A stretch of 64,000 nucleotides of DNA from Octopus sinensis (taxonomy: Eukaryota). The stretch lies in NCBI RefSeq assembly GCF_006345805.1, contig NC_043009.1, positions 10,974,001 to 11,038,000 of the forward strand, written 5' to 3'. The translations under genes and the position numbers were made by a program. Positions 23,987 through 38,524 of the stretch are shown here, in pieces (the stretch's first letter is position 1; each line of letters begins with the position of its first letter). The notes under the pieces were generated by a model that had not been told where the DNA came from, made no database searches, and saw only the letters and a list, made by a program, of their open reading frames with translations.

Positions 23987-24539
23987 ATTGAGAGAGCAGT
24001 TCATGCCATCAAAGTGACACTGGGGTAAAATATATGAAGCCCAATATACCCATCATGACTACCCGTCTGATAAGGGTACACCAGGCACATGCATCACAAC
24101 CATATGTGCGCGACATGGTGATCTCATGTCAAGATAAACAGCACATGACCTTGCAGGTGGGGCGCAGTTAGAATTTTCTTCAGGTTGAGTAGCCCATCTC
24201 GTTCAAAAGGTCCCTCAATAAGGGTTGTTTAAGGATATTGAAAGAACCACCCATGGTTCCAGAGGTCAATTATTCAAACCCCAAAGAATCCCTCTCAACA
24301 CATGGCCATGATGCTCCCCCACTACTTCTGCTCGTGATCAGAGATGCACGTATTGTCAGCCACTAAGGGACATGCTCAACTGGTTAAGGTCAAACAACTG
24401 ACAAGCAAATCTGTGGTATTGAGCAGAATATTTGCTGTAGCCCATCTTTCATACCAAGACAAAACAATGTACATGATAACACTTCCAATCAGTTAAGATC
24501 AGAAGCCATGAGAGCCACTGCCTGGTACTGCATCAGGGC

Positions 24540-24541
<2 letters not shown>
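23987..24541 (-). mobile_element. Unclassified ~550-bp non-coding repeat-like element embedded in (TAT)n
   Basis: GC-richer block bounded by TAT repeats on both sides; the minus strand ends ctctctcaatcaataataat like a retroposon tail. Only one copy in the window. Confidence 0.45.
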
Positions 24542-24542
<1 letters not shown>

Positions 24543-24596
<54 letters not shown>

Positions 24597-24697
24597 CATC
24601 ATCATCATCATTATTATTACTATTACTATTATTATTAGTAGTAGCAGTAGTAGTAGCAGTAGTAATAGTAGCAGCAGCAGCAGCAGCAGTAGTAGTT

Positions 24698-24752
<55 letters not shown>

Positions 24753-24768
24753 CAGTAGTAGTAGTAAT
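24543..24768. repeat. Compound (TAT)n-(CAT)n-(TAG/CAG)n microsatellite
   Basis: Direct reading. Confidence 0.9.
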
Positions 24769-24855
24769 AGAACCAAATATGTCTTATATATTATCCACAA
24801 ATATTTATCTCTGTACGAGAATGTCGTCAGTGCGTGTTGCATCTACTCTACTTAC

Positions 24856-24990
24856 CTCCTCGGTTTGTCCTTGCATTTTTAAAAGCGTGATAAACGCATT
24901 CTTGCGCACTTCCTCTGTCTACAGAGCACAGCGGACGTCACACAACAGCTAATGTTTCCTTACACCTCCTGTTTTGGTGATATATAAACA
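24856..24990 (-). promoter_or_regulatory. Candidate promoter and first exon (MQGQTEE|gtaagt)
   Basis: Perfect donor GAG|GTAAGT at 24856/24855; aaaaATG at 24876; CpG-richer segment with TGACGTC (CRE-like), GGAAGT/CCGGAA (ETS-like) and TATATA at about 24985. Confidence 0.3.
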
Positions 24991-25618
24991 TTACTCTATT
25001 TCCGGAAAAACATCGACCTCCTTCCTATATTTTCCAAGAAAAATTTGTCGGGTAAAGATGCACTACCCTTTGTAAAACACCTCTTCCACAAATTTTTCTC
25101 TTCGCTTGAATCACACTGTTTTTACATTCTTTTGGGGTTGCAACGTTACGAAAGGGTGAATTGTTGTTACTGAATTTATCATTTTGATATGACTTCTTGT
25201 TTTCACTTATCGTTTTGCAGCTGTCTGTGTTTACAACTGAGTTCATTTGGGTGATTGCAATTTGTTACTGCTTTTCTAGTTTCTGTTGATTATCTGTTTT
25301 CAACAATCGGACTATATTTTAAGCTTCATTTAAACAACATTGTGGTGGCATATTGACACAAAAACAAACAAAGTGAAACAGATATTCTCAAAAATATCTG
25401 TATGCAATAAAATAGCGAAAATAAAAGTTACTTTCCATCTAAGAGTAGAACTTTCCGAAGACCTTCATGAGATAAACAGGTAAAGGCACATGACTTTGTA
25501 AATTAATAATCTCATTGTGTTTATATCAATGGTTGATCTATGTACGTTTCTTTGCCCTAAGTATCTGGAAGACACTCGACAAGAAACGGAAACAAGATTG
25601 AAAGAAGAGGCTAATGAA

Positions 25619-25622
25619 AATG

Positions 25623-25689
<67 letters not shown>

Positions 25690-25699
25690 TAATAATAAT
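25619..25699. repeat. (AAT)n microsatellite
   Basis: Direct reading. Confidence 0.9.
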
Positions 25700-26088
25700 G
25701 GTTTCCAATTTATCTACAACGGAATGCTTCAGTCGATAACTCGATGTCAATACCAGACTGCTATTTAATTCTCTCGTTCTTGTTGATATGCAAAGCAATG
25801 CACACTCTGGTGAGATTTACTACATTTATCGCCATGATCTATATATCCAGCAAGTGATTCTAAGCGTGTATAATTTTATAATGAAACTATCCCATTTTAT
25901 TTTTGAGTCAGAAATCCTGCGACATGTAATAACTGATTGGAACATATTACCCAATGATGTCATTGCACAAAGATAACATAAAATATCTAAATAACTAATG
26001 GATGACTTATATAACATCGGACAATTTCAGTGAACACTATGCTTAATGGCATTTTACGACTCTGTCACTATATATATTTACCTCTGTG

Positions 26089-26472
26089 CAGGAGGCGCAA
26101 TGGCCCAGTGGTTAGGGCAGCGGACTCGCGGTCGTAGGATCGCGGTTTTGATTCTCAGACCGGGCGTTGTAAGTGTTTATTGAGCGAAAACACCTAAAGC
26201 TCCACGAGGCTCCGGCAGGGGATGGTGGTGATCCCTGCTGTACTCTTTCACCACAACTTTCTCTCACTCTTTCTTCCTGTTTCTGTTGTACCTGTATTTC
26301 AAAGGGCCGGCCTTGTCACTCTCTGTGTCACGCTGAATATCCCCGAGAACTACGTTAAGGGTACACGTGTCTGTGGAGTGCTCAGCGACTTACACGTTAA
26401 TTTCACGAGCAGGCTGTTCCGTTGATCGGATTAACCCGAACCCGCGTCGTCGTAACCGACGGAGTGCTTCCA
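26089..26472 (+). mobile_element. Full-length tRNA-derived SINE family C, tail variant X, with 11-bp TSD
   Basis: A-box tggcccagtgg, B-box-like ggttttgattc; TSD ttacctctgtg at 26078-26088 and 26473-26483. Confidence 0.9.
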
Positions 26473-27059
26473 TTACCTCTGTGTCTGGTTCTTGACACAC
26501 CGACATAAATTGTTCCTATGCAAATACATTAGTCAGAAGTGGTCCTTTCGGATAAAAAAACCCCAGTAGCATTGAAAATTATTTAGGGCTTTTACCCTAC
26601 TCAGATGATACTCTAACTGAAATGTGTAAATACACGAGAGTAAGTAGTAAATACAAAACCTACCGGCGTGATGTTGTATGTTATCAATTAAATTGCTAAA
26701 AAGTATGTAGAATAAATTGGGGTTCCCAATATATTTTGTTCTGATATATTGGAACGTAGTTACTATTCACCAACAAGCAGGAATTACATCGATCGATCGT
26801 TATAAGAAAACACAATAAAAATGGCTAATTTCTTTCCTGAAGCTACTGGTTCATTCAAGAAGAATATTGGACAATTTTTTGACTGTCATTAAGTGTAAAG
26901 TTAACAAATTTAGGAACCTATAATAGATTATCCGTCTGCGGGAATTGCCGACAGAAGACGCAACAATGTAAAATACGGACAGTGACCCGTTAACTCGACC
27001 TGTAAGCAGTAGCTCAGAAGGTTCTTTATCTTCATAAGTTATTAGGATCTTTTACCGTT

Positions 27060-27500
27060 TATCTTTTACTGGCTTCACTATTTGGATATTTTGGCCATGC
27101 TGGGGCATTGAATTGAAGAACTTTTAGTCGAATAGATAGACTTCAATACTTATTTTAATTTCTTTCAGTTTGTTACTTATTCAACCATTCTCCTTTGCCG
27201 AACTTTTAGGTTACGTGGACGTAATCACACCAACACCGGTTGTCAAGCACAGTGAGGGGCAAACACAGACACACAGACACACTCAAACACGCGCGTGCGC
27301 GCACACGGATACAAGCACACCCGAATACACACACAAACACACGCACACATACACACATACACAGACACACGCAAATTACCAGTACTTTGAAAATAAGTTC
27401 TGCAGTCAATTTATTCGAATAAAAACATTCTTCAAGGCGGTGCCCCTGCATGGCCGCAGTTTAATGACCAAAACAAGTAAAAGATAAACGATAAAAGATA
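27060..27500. mobile_element. Two degenerate family A right halves in inverted orientation around an (AC)-rich linker
   Basis: ggccatgctgg..gccgaac..accggttgtcaagc (minus type) at 27095-27250; agtactt..aataagt..aaggcggtgccc..catggccgcag..aagtaaaagata (plus type) at 27380-27500. Confidence 0.6.
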
Positions 27501-27774
27501 TTTCCTATCCACATATGTTTGCCTTTTGGCTTCATTCTCAAACACTGTTTGTCCAAATGCGTTACTCAATCACTAACCTTGGTGAAGTGAAATTTCGTTA
27601 GAACTCTTCTGATAATCATTGTCAATCAACACAAAATTTAGTAACAAGACAAAGAATAAAAAGAAAGGAAAAAGAACCCAGTACATTGGTACCTATACTT
27701 GTGGGCTGTGTGAGAGTTTATTTCTATTCTTTCGTTCGTAAATAGATTCAGTACCCCTGTGGCAGGTAAAAAAA

Positions 27775-28180
27775 AGGCGGCGAGCTGGCAGAAACGTTAG
27801 CACGCCGGGCGAAATGCTTTGCGGTATTTTGTCTGCTGTTACGTTCTGAATTCAAATTCCACCGAGGTCGGCTTTGCCTTTCATCCTTTCGGGGTCGATA
27901 AATTAAGTACCAGTTACGCACTGGGGTCGATGTAACCGACTTAATCCGTTTGTCTGTCCTTTTTTTCTCCCTTCTGTGTTTAGCCCCTTGTGGGTAGTAA
28001 AGAAATAGGTATTTCGTCTGCCGTTACGTTCTGAGTTCAAATTCCGCCGAGGTCGACTTTGCCGTTCATCCTTTAGGGGTCGATAAATTAAGTACCAGTT
28101 TCGCACTGGGGTCGATGTAATCGACTCAATATCTGTCCCCTCTGTGTTTAGCCCTTTGTAGGTAGTAAAAAAATAGGTAA
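27775..28180 (+). mobile_element. SINE family B, head plus two tandem bodies
   Basis: Same head and repeated ~180-bp unit as 14607. Confidence 0.85.
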
Positions 28181-29322
28181 AACGTAACTGAACTGTCATA
28201 CGTATCTGAAACAATGTTTGGACATTTGTAAAGGTATCTTATGTAGGCTGCTTTAAATGTTACTAAGTAGAGCTGAGTAGCAAGAGAAATTGTAATTGAA
28301 TGTTTTATGCAAATTTTTCATAAAATAGTTATTCCTATCTAATATAAACTGTTTAGAATTTATAAAAGATTGTGCACACAGATAAAAATCTCCAAGTATC
28401 ACAGTAGTAGAATGTTTCCACTTGCTAGTGCTACTAGATAAACAAACCGCAGAAAACAAGTCACTGCCTCTGATGTTTACTATAGTAAAATTATATATAT
28501 TGATATCAAAATGCATAGATACATGTATGGATGTGGCGACGTGTGTAAATACGTACGTCTAAGTATATAGTTATGTATGTATGTGTGTATGTATATATGT
28601 ATGTATGTATGCATGCATGTATGCATGTATGTTTGTATGTATGTATCTATGTTTGTATGTATGCATCTATCTATCTATCTATATGTATATATGCACACAC
28701 ACATATATATATATATATGCACAAATATACATCTGAGTGTATATATATTTGTATGTATGTGTATATAAGTATATAGGGTACCACACTTAGCCAATGCATA
28801 CACACGCACATATACATTCACCTATCTGACTCCCCTCTCTGTTTCTCTGTGTCTATCTTTCTCTCTCTCTCTCTCTATTTCTCTCTCTGTGTGTAAGGTG
28901 TATTCATGTGAGTGTATATATATATATATATACACACACACTCATATATATGTGTATCTATGTGTGTTGGTATATATGTATGTATGTGTGTATGTGTGTA
29001 TACATATTATCGATTAAAAGTTTATACATTTAAAATGAGTTACTCTTAATAAGATCAAAATTTTCCAGACAATTTATCTCATGGTGTATGTATGCAAAAT
29101 ATTTATATCTACACTTAGTTTCGATCGCTTAGATCGTATTTGATGGGTATCAAATTGATCAAAATGCAGTATAGATGTAAATATTCCAAATATACACTTT
29201 AAAGATCGTGTTAATACCCGGAAAATCATAATCTCATAATGACTACGCACACTATCACATACCCCGATATTTCTATTTGTTTACATATGTATTAATGCAC
29301 AGAAAGACGAACGAACAGCAAC

Positions 29323-29686
29323 GAATGTATGTATGTATGTATGTATGTATGTATGTATGTATGTATGTATGTATGTATGTATGCATGCATGTATGTATGT
29401 ATTTTATGTATGTATGTATATATGTATGTATGTATGCATGCATGTATGTATGTATGTATTTTATGTATGTATGTAAGTATGTAAGTATGTATGTGTGTAT
29501 GTATTTTATGTATGTATGTATGCCTGTATGTATGTATGTATGTATGCATGCATGTATGTATGTATGTATGTATGTATGTATTTTATGTATGTATGTATGT
29601 ATGTCTGTAAGTATGTAAGTATGTATGTATGTATTTTATGTATGTATGTATGTATGTATGTATGTATGTATGTATGTATGTATATG
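29323..29686. repeat. (TATG)n array with a recurring TATTT interruption
   Basis: Direct reading. Confidence 0.9.
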
Positions 29687-32600
29687 CATTTTAACGTGAG
29701 ATATGTTACTGGTGTATTGAAGATTCGATGTTGATCTAATTTTATCACTTAACCATTTTTTCATATTTCCTGGTGAATTTATTACAGTGTATTTTTAATA
29801 GAGATTTTTCTACGACTGCGTTCCTAGACTTTCACACCATCTTCTGGAAATATGGATTGAGTTCTCCGTATTTTAGTTTCGTTTATTCTTTTCAACGAGT
29901 AGGTCTAATAGGAGATTTAGTTTTCGGTGAGATTGTTGGACCCTTGGCAATTAATAAGAGACACACTGAACCACAAACCTGTTGTTGTCTCTGTCCACCT
30001 TTTTATTTGTGATTTGGTATACCTTGGTTAGTTGGTGACCCTTAAATTTAATTAGCACTGTTACAGACATAGTAATAATATCAGAATAAATTATATAAAG
30101 ATAAGAGTATGAATAAGGGTTTCAAATTTTGGCACAAAGCCAGTCATTTTTGAGAATGGAAGTTAGATGATTATATATTGTATGATTTAAGTTACATATG
30201 TATTTTAGAGGATGGTTAAAGTCAGTTGATTAATAATCATTAGCTGCGTTCATGAATCATTGTGCTAGATACAAATCAATACAATAAATTTCTCCCCAGT
30301 GCAGCAGATAATGCAAATTTGCTAATATTCGTTCCTGCAATTCACTTTCACTTTATGTTGTGATCCAGGGCATTAGAATTGCTCCTTGTATCAAATGCAT
30401 TGTAACCGATGGGAAAACGCTTTCCTTCATCTGTTAATGTGACAGTAGTAATCACGAAGTTTGTAATTTGTTGTATTGGTGTAATTTTGTATGGTAATTA
30501 TTCAGATGAAATTCATTTTCGCCATAAATCAATAGAGAACTTTTAAAAGTTTCAAATTTTAGTAATTTTAGCCAATCGAAAACCACAGACATATAGATGC
30601 CTCTTTCCACAGAAACATTCCAAATATTGTAAATGTCTTGTATTACGAAAAAACAAATGCGTTTACAAACTGATATTTTACGCTAAACCACGTACTACAA
30701 ACTGGACAACAGTTTGCTTTTTTTGTAAATAATATGATAAGTTTAATATTTCGATAAACATTTCATTTCATTTTTGGATTTAAATGCATATTGAATGCTT
30801 AATACTACAAAATATGTGTTGTTTACTCGTTTTTTCTCTTTTATCGTTTTGAAATGTGTAAAATACGTGAGGCATGAGTTGCTCGCGAGATGTGCTAAGA
30901 CTAACAGCTAAATAGGCCTTAAATTGGGCAACAATTATTTTTTCCGTTAATAGTATACAAATTCGCAAAACGTTTCTGTAAATTCCCAAAAATAAAAAAA
31001 ATGTTATCAGGGATGATATAGCGTGCATAAAGCAGAATTCCACCAATATTTCATTTGTTTACAGTTGACAACATGTGCAGTCACGCATAAAAACACAGCT
31101 TCCAAATCCTGTTTTCTGACTTGGTAAAAGTTATCAAACTTTAAACCTCTGTTGAAACGTCTATTTTTCTGAAATTTTTTCTGAAACTCAGCATAGGGAA
31201 TTAAACCAATATAGGAAATTTGAAACTTTTCACTTAATTTTAAAATTTCAAAAAGTACAAACTAGCAGAAAAGATCCGAATAAACTGTAGGACTACTAAA
31301 TGAACTAAGGGAAGAATAAGGAAGTTACAATATGTTAGTCCAAGAGGAATTGTGCTTCGATTTTGCGGAGTACTCAAAAGATAAACTACTAGTAAAAACC
31401 TGATGGATGGTCTAAAGGCTACTAAAATGCAACTTCCTAGAGAAATTATATTTATTTAACACTCCGACACCAAAAATTCAAGGCGCACATACGAGTGTAA
31501 TTGTTTCAAGATGTCACAGGGCGCCAGTACAGTAAGGTGCAACCTAGCTGGGGGATTCTCGCTCATGCATGCATTTAAAATAAGATTCATGTTTCAATAG
31601 ATATTTTCCCATATTTATGCATGAATCCTAAACGTTTAATTTGAACAAAATTGCAAACTTGTTGAAATATATACTGCAAAATGTCTCTAACCCTCACCTC
31701 GATTTTATAAAAATTTGATTTGACCTTCCCTACATATGTTTAATCTCTATGCCAACCTCTTTTCCTTTATATGTACAAATAAGCTCACTGCGCCAGATAA
31801 AGCAAACAATCAGTGGATCAGCGGAATCAATTAATCTTTAGGGAAAATGACTTACAATATTAATTTCGGCCTTTACGTTTTAAGTTCAAACTATGCAGAA
31901 TCCTTCGACCCGGAAACACTTATTCCATTTAAATCACAATTAAATCGATTATCACCGTTCTTTCAAATTTCTGGACTCCTGTCTTTATCATTTTATTTTC
32001 GCGGACTCTCATAGCCTTCTGTCCCCGTCCAATTTCCCTAATATCAATTATGATTTGGTAGCTTGTATCATAGTGAATATTTTATTACCTGATTACACAA
32101 CTATAGATGCCATCCCTATGGAAATGCTGCAGTTATTTTCTTAATAGAGCTTTGTGACCCTGAAACAATGTAAGAAGTGCTGTTGGCTTAGTTGAGCTCC
32201 TCCGCTACCTTTTCACAATCCGCCATACTGTAGTCCCAAGATTTGGTTGTATCCTTTGTATTGTAGGGTGCCCTTTGCTATAAACAATTATTACTGTTAT
32301 TTTTCTAGTTATCATTGTATATGTATTATTATTGTTATGATATAATAATTTTCGTTGCCGAGTCACAAAAGAGCCAGATTTTGGATTCACCTATATCATA
32401 CACAAGTAATTGATGTGTATAATTTCCTTATTATTCTTAATTTACGTGCTCACACGGGGAAATATATACTTTAATGAAATATTGCATAGAAAATATTAAT
32501 CATGCGATGTGTTAATCATTTCATATAACCAATAGGTACCTAAATGAAACGTGATCTTGGCTCTTCGTGAAAATTGACAAGTATATAAGGACAAAAGAAA

Positions 32601-33047
32601 ACATACCTTGAAGTCATTATCTATACAAATAAATTAAAACTAGCTGAAATACTGAGTAACTCTACGAAATAATAAAGAGCAGAATAATACAACAGAGTTC
32701 ATTATTTATATATTATAATTTTATAATTTTGTCTTGTATTAAGATATTCATTGTTGCTGATGTATGCTATAAAAATATTTCTATTCACTACTTCTTGCAC
32801 GAACTTTATTATTGTGTAACTAAAAACACCCCTACCCCTATACACACGTACGCACTCACACACAAAACATACAAAAATACATACACACACGCACACAAAC
32901 ACGTATACACAAACACACATTATGCGTGTGTGTGAATATATATGTATATTATACACATATATAATATTTATATATATACATACGTACAAATATATATGTA
33001 TATATACATACATACGTACATGCATACATGCATACACACACACACAC

Positions 33048-33112
<65 letters not shown>

Positions 33113-34214
33113 GGCGTATATTTGTATGATGTAATACAACCTAATATAATTATTTCTCCTATAACATCAGGAATGTGTCTTGAAGCAAAAAAAGCTGCCA
33201 GAGTCTTCAGTATATATGCAATAGTGTTATATAATTTAATATGATATTATCAACTTAACAGAATAAAAAAAAAGAAACTTTGCGATGCATATCTAATATA
33301 AAAGATTTTCTTTAATATACCTATCTCATAATATGTATTTATTTCAGGTAAGTTAACGTCATACGCGTGCGCTCGCTGGCACACAGACACACATACACAC
33401 GCACACACACAAACGCACACAAGCACACACACACGCGCTCACACTGTTTATTTAGTAAATGATTTACACTGTAAACTGTAACTGTGTAAGTTGTGCACAA
33501 TAAATGTGAAATTCGAAAAGGGAGGACCACGAAAGAAAGAACAAGAATAGTCATAAGAGAAGTGGGGGTAAGGTTTAGAGAAGTAACTGTAGGCTCGGTG
33601 GGGACAGAATTAATTTGACTGTCTTGATTAGCAGATGTGACCGAGGAGGGAAATTGAAGAGGAAGGAGAGAAAAAAACAATCAAGATTAGAAGAGCCTGA
33701 AGCGTTGGAATGGTTAAAGGAGCAATTGTAAGGCGGGGAAAAAGGCGGGGAGATGTAGGTATGGTCGAGGAGTGAAGAGTGATTGGTGATAAGAAATGAA
33801 CAAATTTAGTAGACGGAAACTGTAAGTAAGCCCGTCATATATATGTAGAAATTTGGTGATTAGTTAAATGCGAGAATAAGTAGGGTGGTGGTGTGGTTTG
33901 CAATAGCAGAGTTGGACAAAGGTAGAAGTTTTTGATGAGACAAAAAATGAAAGCATTGACAGGTGGTAATAGTGGTGGTTCATTATAGTGTTGGCAACAC
34001 AACACTATGATGTATTGTAGGGGGCATAATGTAGACTCATCTATGCTGATTTGCTAAAGGGCAAGCGTTATGATGAGGCTGCAATCTTTATAAGATATGG
34101 AGAGATAACATATTTTGGATAGAGGGCTATGAGAGATAAATAATTCAATGGATCAAGGATGTAAGATGAGTGGGTAGCAAATGTAGGCCTGGAATGGTAA
34201 AATATGTCGGGATT

Positions 34215-34380
34215 TTGTGAAAATTCTCTGCGTGGCAGTGCGTCAAGTAGATTGCTTACCAACCACATGGTTCCGGATTCAGTCCCACTGCGTGGCACCT
34301 TGGGTAAGTGTCTTCTACTATAGCCTCAGGCCGACCAAATCCTTGAGTGGATTTGGTAGACGGAAACAGAAAGAAGCCCG
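34215..34380 (+). mobile_element. Family A left half followed by (TA)n and (AAT)n
   Basis: ccggattcagtcccactgcgtggcaccttggg..gacggaaacagaaagaagcccgtc. Confidence 0.8.
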
Positions 34381-34385
34381 TCATA

Positions 34386-34443
<58 letters not shown>

Positions 34444-34468
34444 GATGATAATAATAATAATAATAATA

Positions 34469-34516
<48 letters not shown>

Positions 34517-34589
34517 TAAGGGAATATTATTCCAAACTTACAGGGAAAAATTTAATTTAGAAGTACTAAATCAAATTTTACAAAATATA

Positions 34590-34990
34590 TGCAGGAGTGA
34601 CTGTGTGGTAAGTAGCTTGCTAACCAACCACATGGTTCTGGGTTCAGTCCCACTGCGTGGCATCTTGGGCAAGTGTCTTCTGCTATAGCCCCGGGCCGAC
34701 CAATGCCTTGTGAGTGGATTTGGTAGACGGAAACTGAAAGAAGCCTGTCGTATATATGTATATATGTGTGTATATGTTTGTGTGTCTGTGTTTGTTCTCC
34801 CAGTATTGCTTGACAACCGATGCTGGTGTGTTTACGTCCCCGTCACTTAGCGGTTTCGCAAAAGAGACCGATAGAATAAGTACTGGGCTTACAAAGAATA
34901 AGTCCCGGGGTCGATTTGCTCGACTAAAGGCGGTGCTTCAGCATGGCCGCAGTCAAATGACTGAAACAAATAAAAGAGTAAAAAGAGTAA
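34590..34990 (+). mobile_element. Family A, full length
   Basis: Head gcaggagtgactgtgtggtaagtagc through tail aaaagagtaaaaagagta. Confidence 0.9.
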
Positions 34991-35103
34991 TATTATATAC
35001 ATTTTATTATTTTGCATATTACTTAATCATCTTTCTATAATATGTAATTTTCTAGATGGTGTAATTCAATTTTTCCTTATTGAATTGATAAAAGGTGTTT
35101 TTC

Positions 35104-35151
<48 letters not shown>

Positions 35152-35217
35152 GTGTGTGTGTGTGTGTGTGAGTGTGTGTGTGTGTGGTGTGTGTGTGTGT
35201 GTGAGTGTGTGTGTGTG

Positions 35218-35400
35218 TTTGTCTCCCCCAACATCGCTTGACAACCGATGTTGGTGTGTTTACGTCTCCGTAACTTAGCGGTTCGGCAAAAGAGACCGGT
35301 AGAATAAGTAGTAGGCTTACAAAGAATATGCCCTGAGCTCGATTTTCTCGACTAAAGGCGGTGTTTCAGCATGGCTACAGTCAAATGACTGAAACAATTA
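35218..35400 (+). mobile_element. Family A right half after a (TG)n tract
   Basis: gtctcccccaacatcgcttgacaaccgatg..gactgaaac. Confidence 0.8.
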
Positions 35401-35639
35401 AATGAGAGAGAGATAAACTTGGTGTCAGATATGTTAGGGAATATTTTCCATAAATGCCAAGTCTTTCGAAAAAAGAATTTCAGACATGGATGACTATAGT
35501 TACAATGTTGAACTAGCTGAATCTGGAACTGGTTTTATTTTCTAATTTACTGAATCATTTAATTACATTACGCCTAGTATTTAATTGTGATAAATTCTGG
35601 ATGTATCTAATTTGCGAGTTCGTATAGTCTACTATATCT

Positions 35640-36090
35640 TTTATCTTTTAGTTGCTTGACACTGGGATACTACCATGCTAGGGCCTTGCCTCCAAGGGTC
35701 TAGTCGAACAAGGTAGAAAACTACTGATTTCCAGTAGATTATGGTCTGTTTTTACAAACCGTTAAAGTACGGGTACGTAAACAAACCAACACCGGTTTTC
35801 AAGTGGTATATATGAACTCAGACAAACACCCATGTACACACACACACATACATACATAAATAAACACTTTCACACACTTACACACACGCACGCGCGCACT
35901 CCCACCTCCACACAAACATACACGCACACATATACTCATCGAACTTTTAAGAAGATTCCATCTACCAAATTCACTCACAAGGCATCGCTCAATCCGAGGC
36001 TAAATCAGAAGACACTTGCTTAACACACCACGCTGTGAGACTGAACCCGAAACCACGTGGTTGCAAAATGAGTTTCGTAAATACACTGGA
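35640..36090 (-). mobile_element. Family A, degenerate
   Basis: accggttttcaag..ccatctaccaaattcactcacaaggc..actgaacccgaaaccacgtgg. Confidence 0.65.
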
Positions 36091-36959
36091 TTACCTGCCC
36101 CTGGCGTCTTTTCACTGCCATGTTTGCTAACTGCTCGTACAATCTGTTTGTATTCGGTATTTGTTGGCGTTTATTAGTCTGGTTACATGTTTTAAGAGAC
36201 TATTGCCTTTACGTAATGTATACAACGTTCTAAATGAGGCATTCTACATAGAATTCTGTATTTAATAGAGAAGCTAATGATTTCGCTTTGTTGACTTCAA
36301 GCCTTATTTGGTTTTTGCATTATCTGTACATATGAAAAATAGCTTGATCTCAGAGGTGGGTTCATCTATCTCCCTCTCTCTCACTCTCGCTCACTCTCTC
36401 TCTCTCTCTCTTTCCCTGTATGTATGTATAGAGCAGGGAATTCCCACCGATGCTACTCGGATTTTCAGATTCACTGAATTTGACCAGTTTCGTAACAACA
36501 CATTTTTTATGGATTAGGTTGTGCTTAAAATTATTACTCGAGTATCCGTACTTTAGTTTAACTCACTACACCAACAACAGATGAATTGAAGAAAAGATAT
36601 GTATCCGCCATATGCCCTCATAGGAAAGCCATAATCGTATGGAAGAATTCCGAACCTAATACGATAAAATGCGGTTGTACAATAATCAATATTTTCAAAT
36701 ACACTAGTCTCTTTTTTGACTTTAGCATTCATTACATAAACCGGTAGTTTTGTGTTCCTTATAAACCGTGAACACACAAAATTATTCTGCTAATAACCTC
36801 TCTACTATAAACCAGTATAAACATCTGTCCCACAGAATATGACCTAATGTGGAAATTGAATATAACACATGCGCCATAATGTTGGGATTTCCAGTAGAGC
36901 ACAAACTGCCATCTTTTCTTTCTCTTGCTTGAAGATTTGCATTGATCGATAATCTCTAT

Positions 36960-38340
36960 TTCTAGACATAAATATTGAAATGTATATCACGTCCGTTTGT
37001 TAGAAACAACTGAATACCTTTACGCGTGGATGTCCATAAAATATATAAAATGTCGAGGATGAATCTCTATTTAGAATAGCATTCTTTTTCTCCTCTACAA
37101 ACAAAACACTATACGAAGAAATCCATAATATAACACAAACATTGCTGAGCGGCATTATACAAAGCGAGTAGAAGAAACACTATCGAGACAAATTCAGTGC
37201 AGTAAATACACCAGAATTCACATCAATTAAAAATAAACAAATCATACACAAAATATATTAGATGAAACAAATTCGTATTAGAAATTAAATAAATTAACGG
37301 ATAAAATAAATTATAATCCAGATTTCAAACAGTATTGTATCCAATCGTAATAATATTATGATTGGTTGTAATATTAATCATTAACAATATATAAAGAAAA
37401 CGATAACATTTCACACCATCGTTCCAATAACAAATTACAAGCTTCACTCTTCCTTTCACTTGCCAGTTCTCTGTCAGTATTTCACTGCTCTTATTGGCAG
37501 AAAAGTGTAGGACACAAAGTAGTAGAGCATAAAAAAAAAATTCATTTCGGAAATTTCCAAACGTACATAATGAATCAGAGTGTGCCAACTTACGATGAGT
37601 GGGTATTAGGAGTAACTAGTTCGCTATTACTTCAGGAAAAAATGCATGGTACAGTCAGGGATTTCATACAGTGGAAGTTACGCTTTGTAATTGATACTAA
37701 AATGAATTACTAATATATATACGTATATATATATCATATAGCTGCTACTCCAAAATTAAGAATATCATTACACGTGGTCAGCACCAAGAGTCTATATCTA
37801 GCTGTAACTGTCGCAACCTAGGATCCTGGCTACTTGACCAACGATGTACGATTAAATCTATCATATATGAGGTAGAATTCACTGCAACCCTAAATAATAA
37901 TACAACAGATAAGAAGACCTATATTGAATAAAGTGAAGCTGTCAGTAACAAATGTGGTATATGCGTCAACCTAATTGAGGGATCAGAGTTCTTTTTCAAA
38001 CAGGGTCAACGTTTTACAGTGAAAATCAATTTCACGTGTTCTTCGGAGAACCTGATATATGTTTTAACTTCTCTGGGTGTCGAGAGCAATACATAGGCCA
38101 ACCCGAAAACAGTCTACATCAAAGAATGGCTCTACATAGATCCCAGATCATAATTCGGAAATAGAGAAAAATAGCATTTAACGGATACATCGACATTTGC
38201 GCCTATGACAAACAACCCAGCTTCAGAAATCTTTCCTCTCTATAAATTCAGGAACGTTGCAACCTGTAGTCAGCGCATTAGTATAGAATAATACTTTATC
38301 ACAAAATATAAACCCATTTTGAATAAGTCCACCACAAATG
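36960..38340 (+). pseudogene. Penelope-like element relics: possible RT-thumb fragment (~37050-37200), CNCR-type Zn motif (~37800) and GIY-YIG endonuclease (~37950-38340)
   Basis: Manual translation: NKCGICVNLIEG..FTCSSENLIYVLT/GCREQYIGQT..LHQRMALHRSQI..IFPLYKF..E*YFITKYKPILN. Confidence 0.7.
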
Positions 38341-38524
38341 GTTCCATTACAAGGGCCGTAGAATGATACCCACGGAAATATTGAAAACGATATATTCAGA
38401 ACAGACACTACCCATGAATTTGTTGAGAACAGTAAGAATAACTACCACTACAACCACTTATAGATCACTTGACCATTTAAGAGGATTCCACCAACATCCT
38501 ACTACTGTCATACCACTCCTGCAT

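Noticed and set aside
25025-25246. 73-aa non-repetitive ORF
   Set aside because: In-frame stop just upstream, no clear splice sites and no recognisable motif.
26091-26165. tRNA gene
   Set aside because: The A/B boxes continue into a SINE body with a TSD; there is no proper acceptor stem or T-run terminator.
30546-31230. 14-bp inverted repeat aaagtttcaaattt about 670 bp apart
   Set aside because: Low-complexity AT-rich match; no TSD or second copy to support a MITE.
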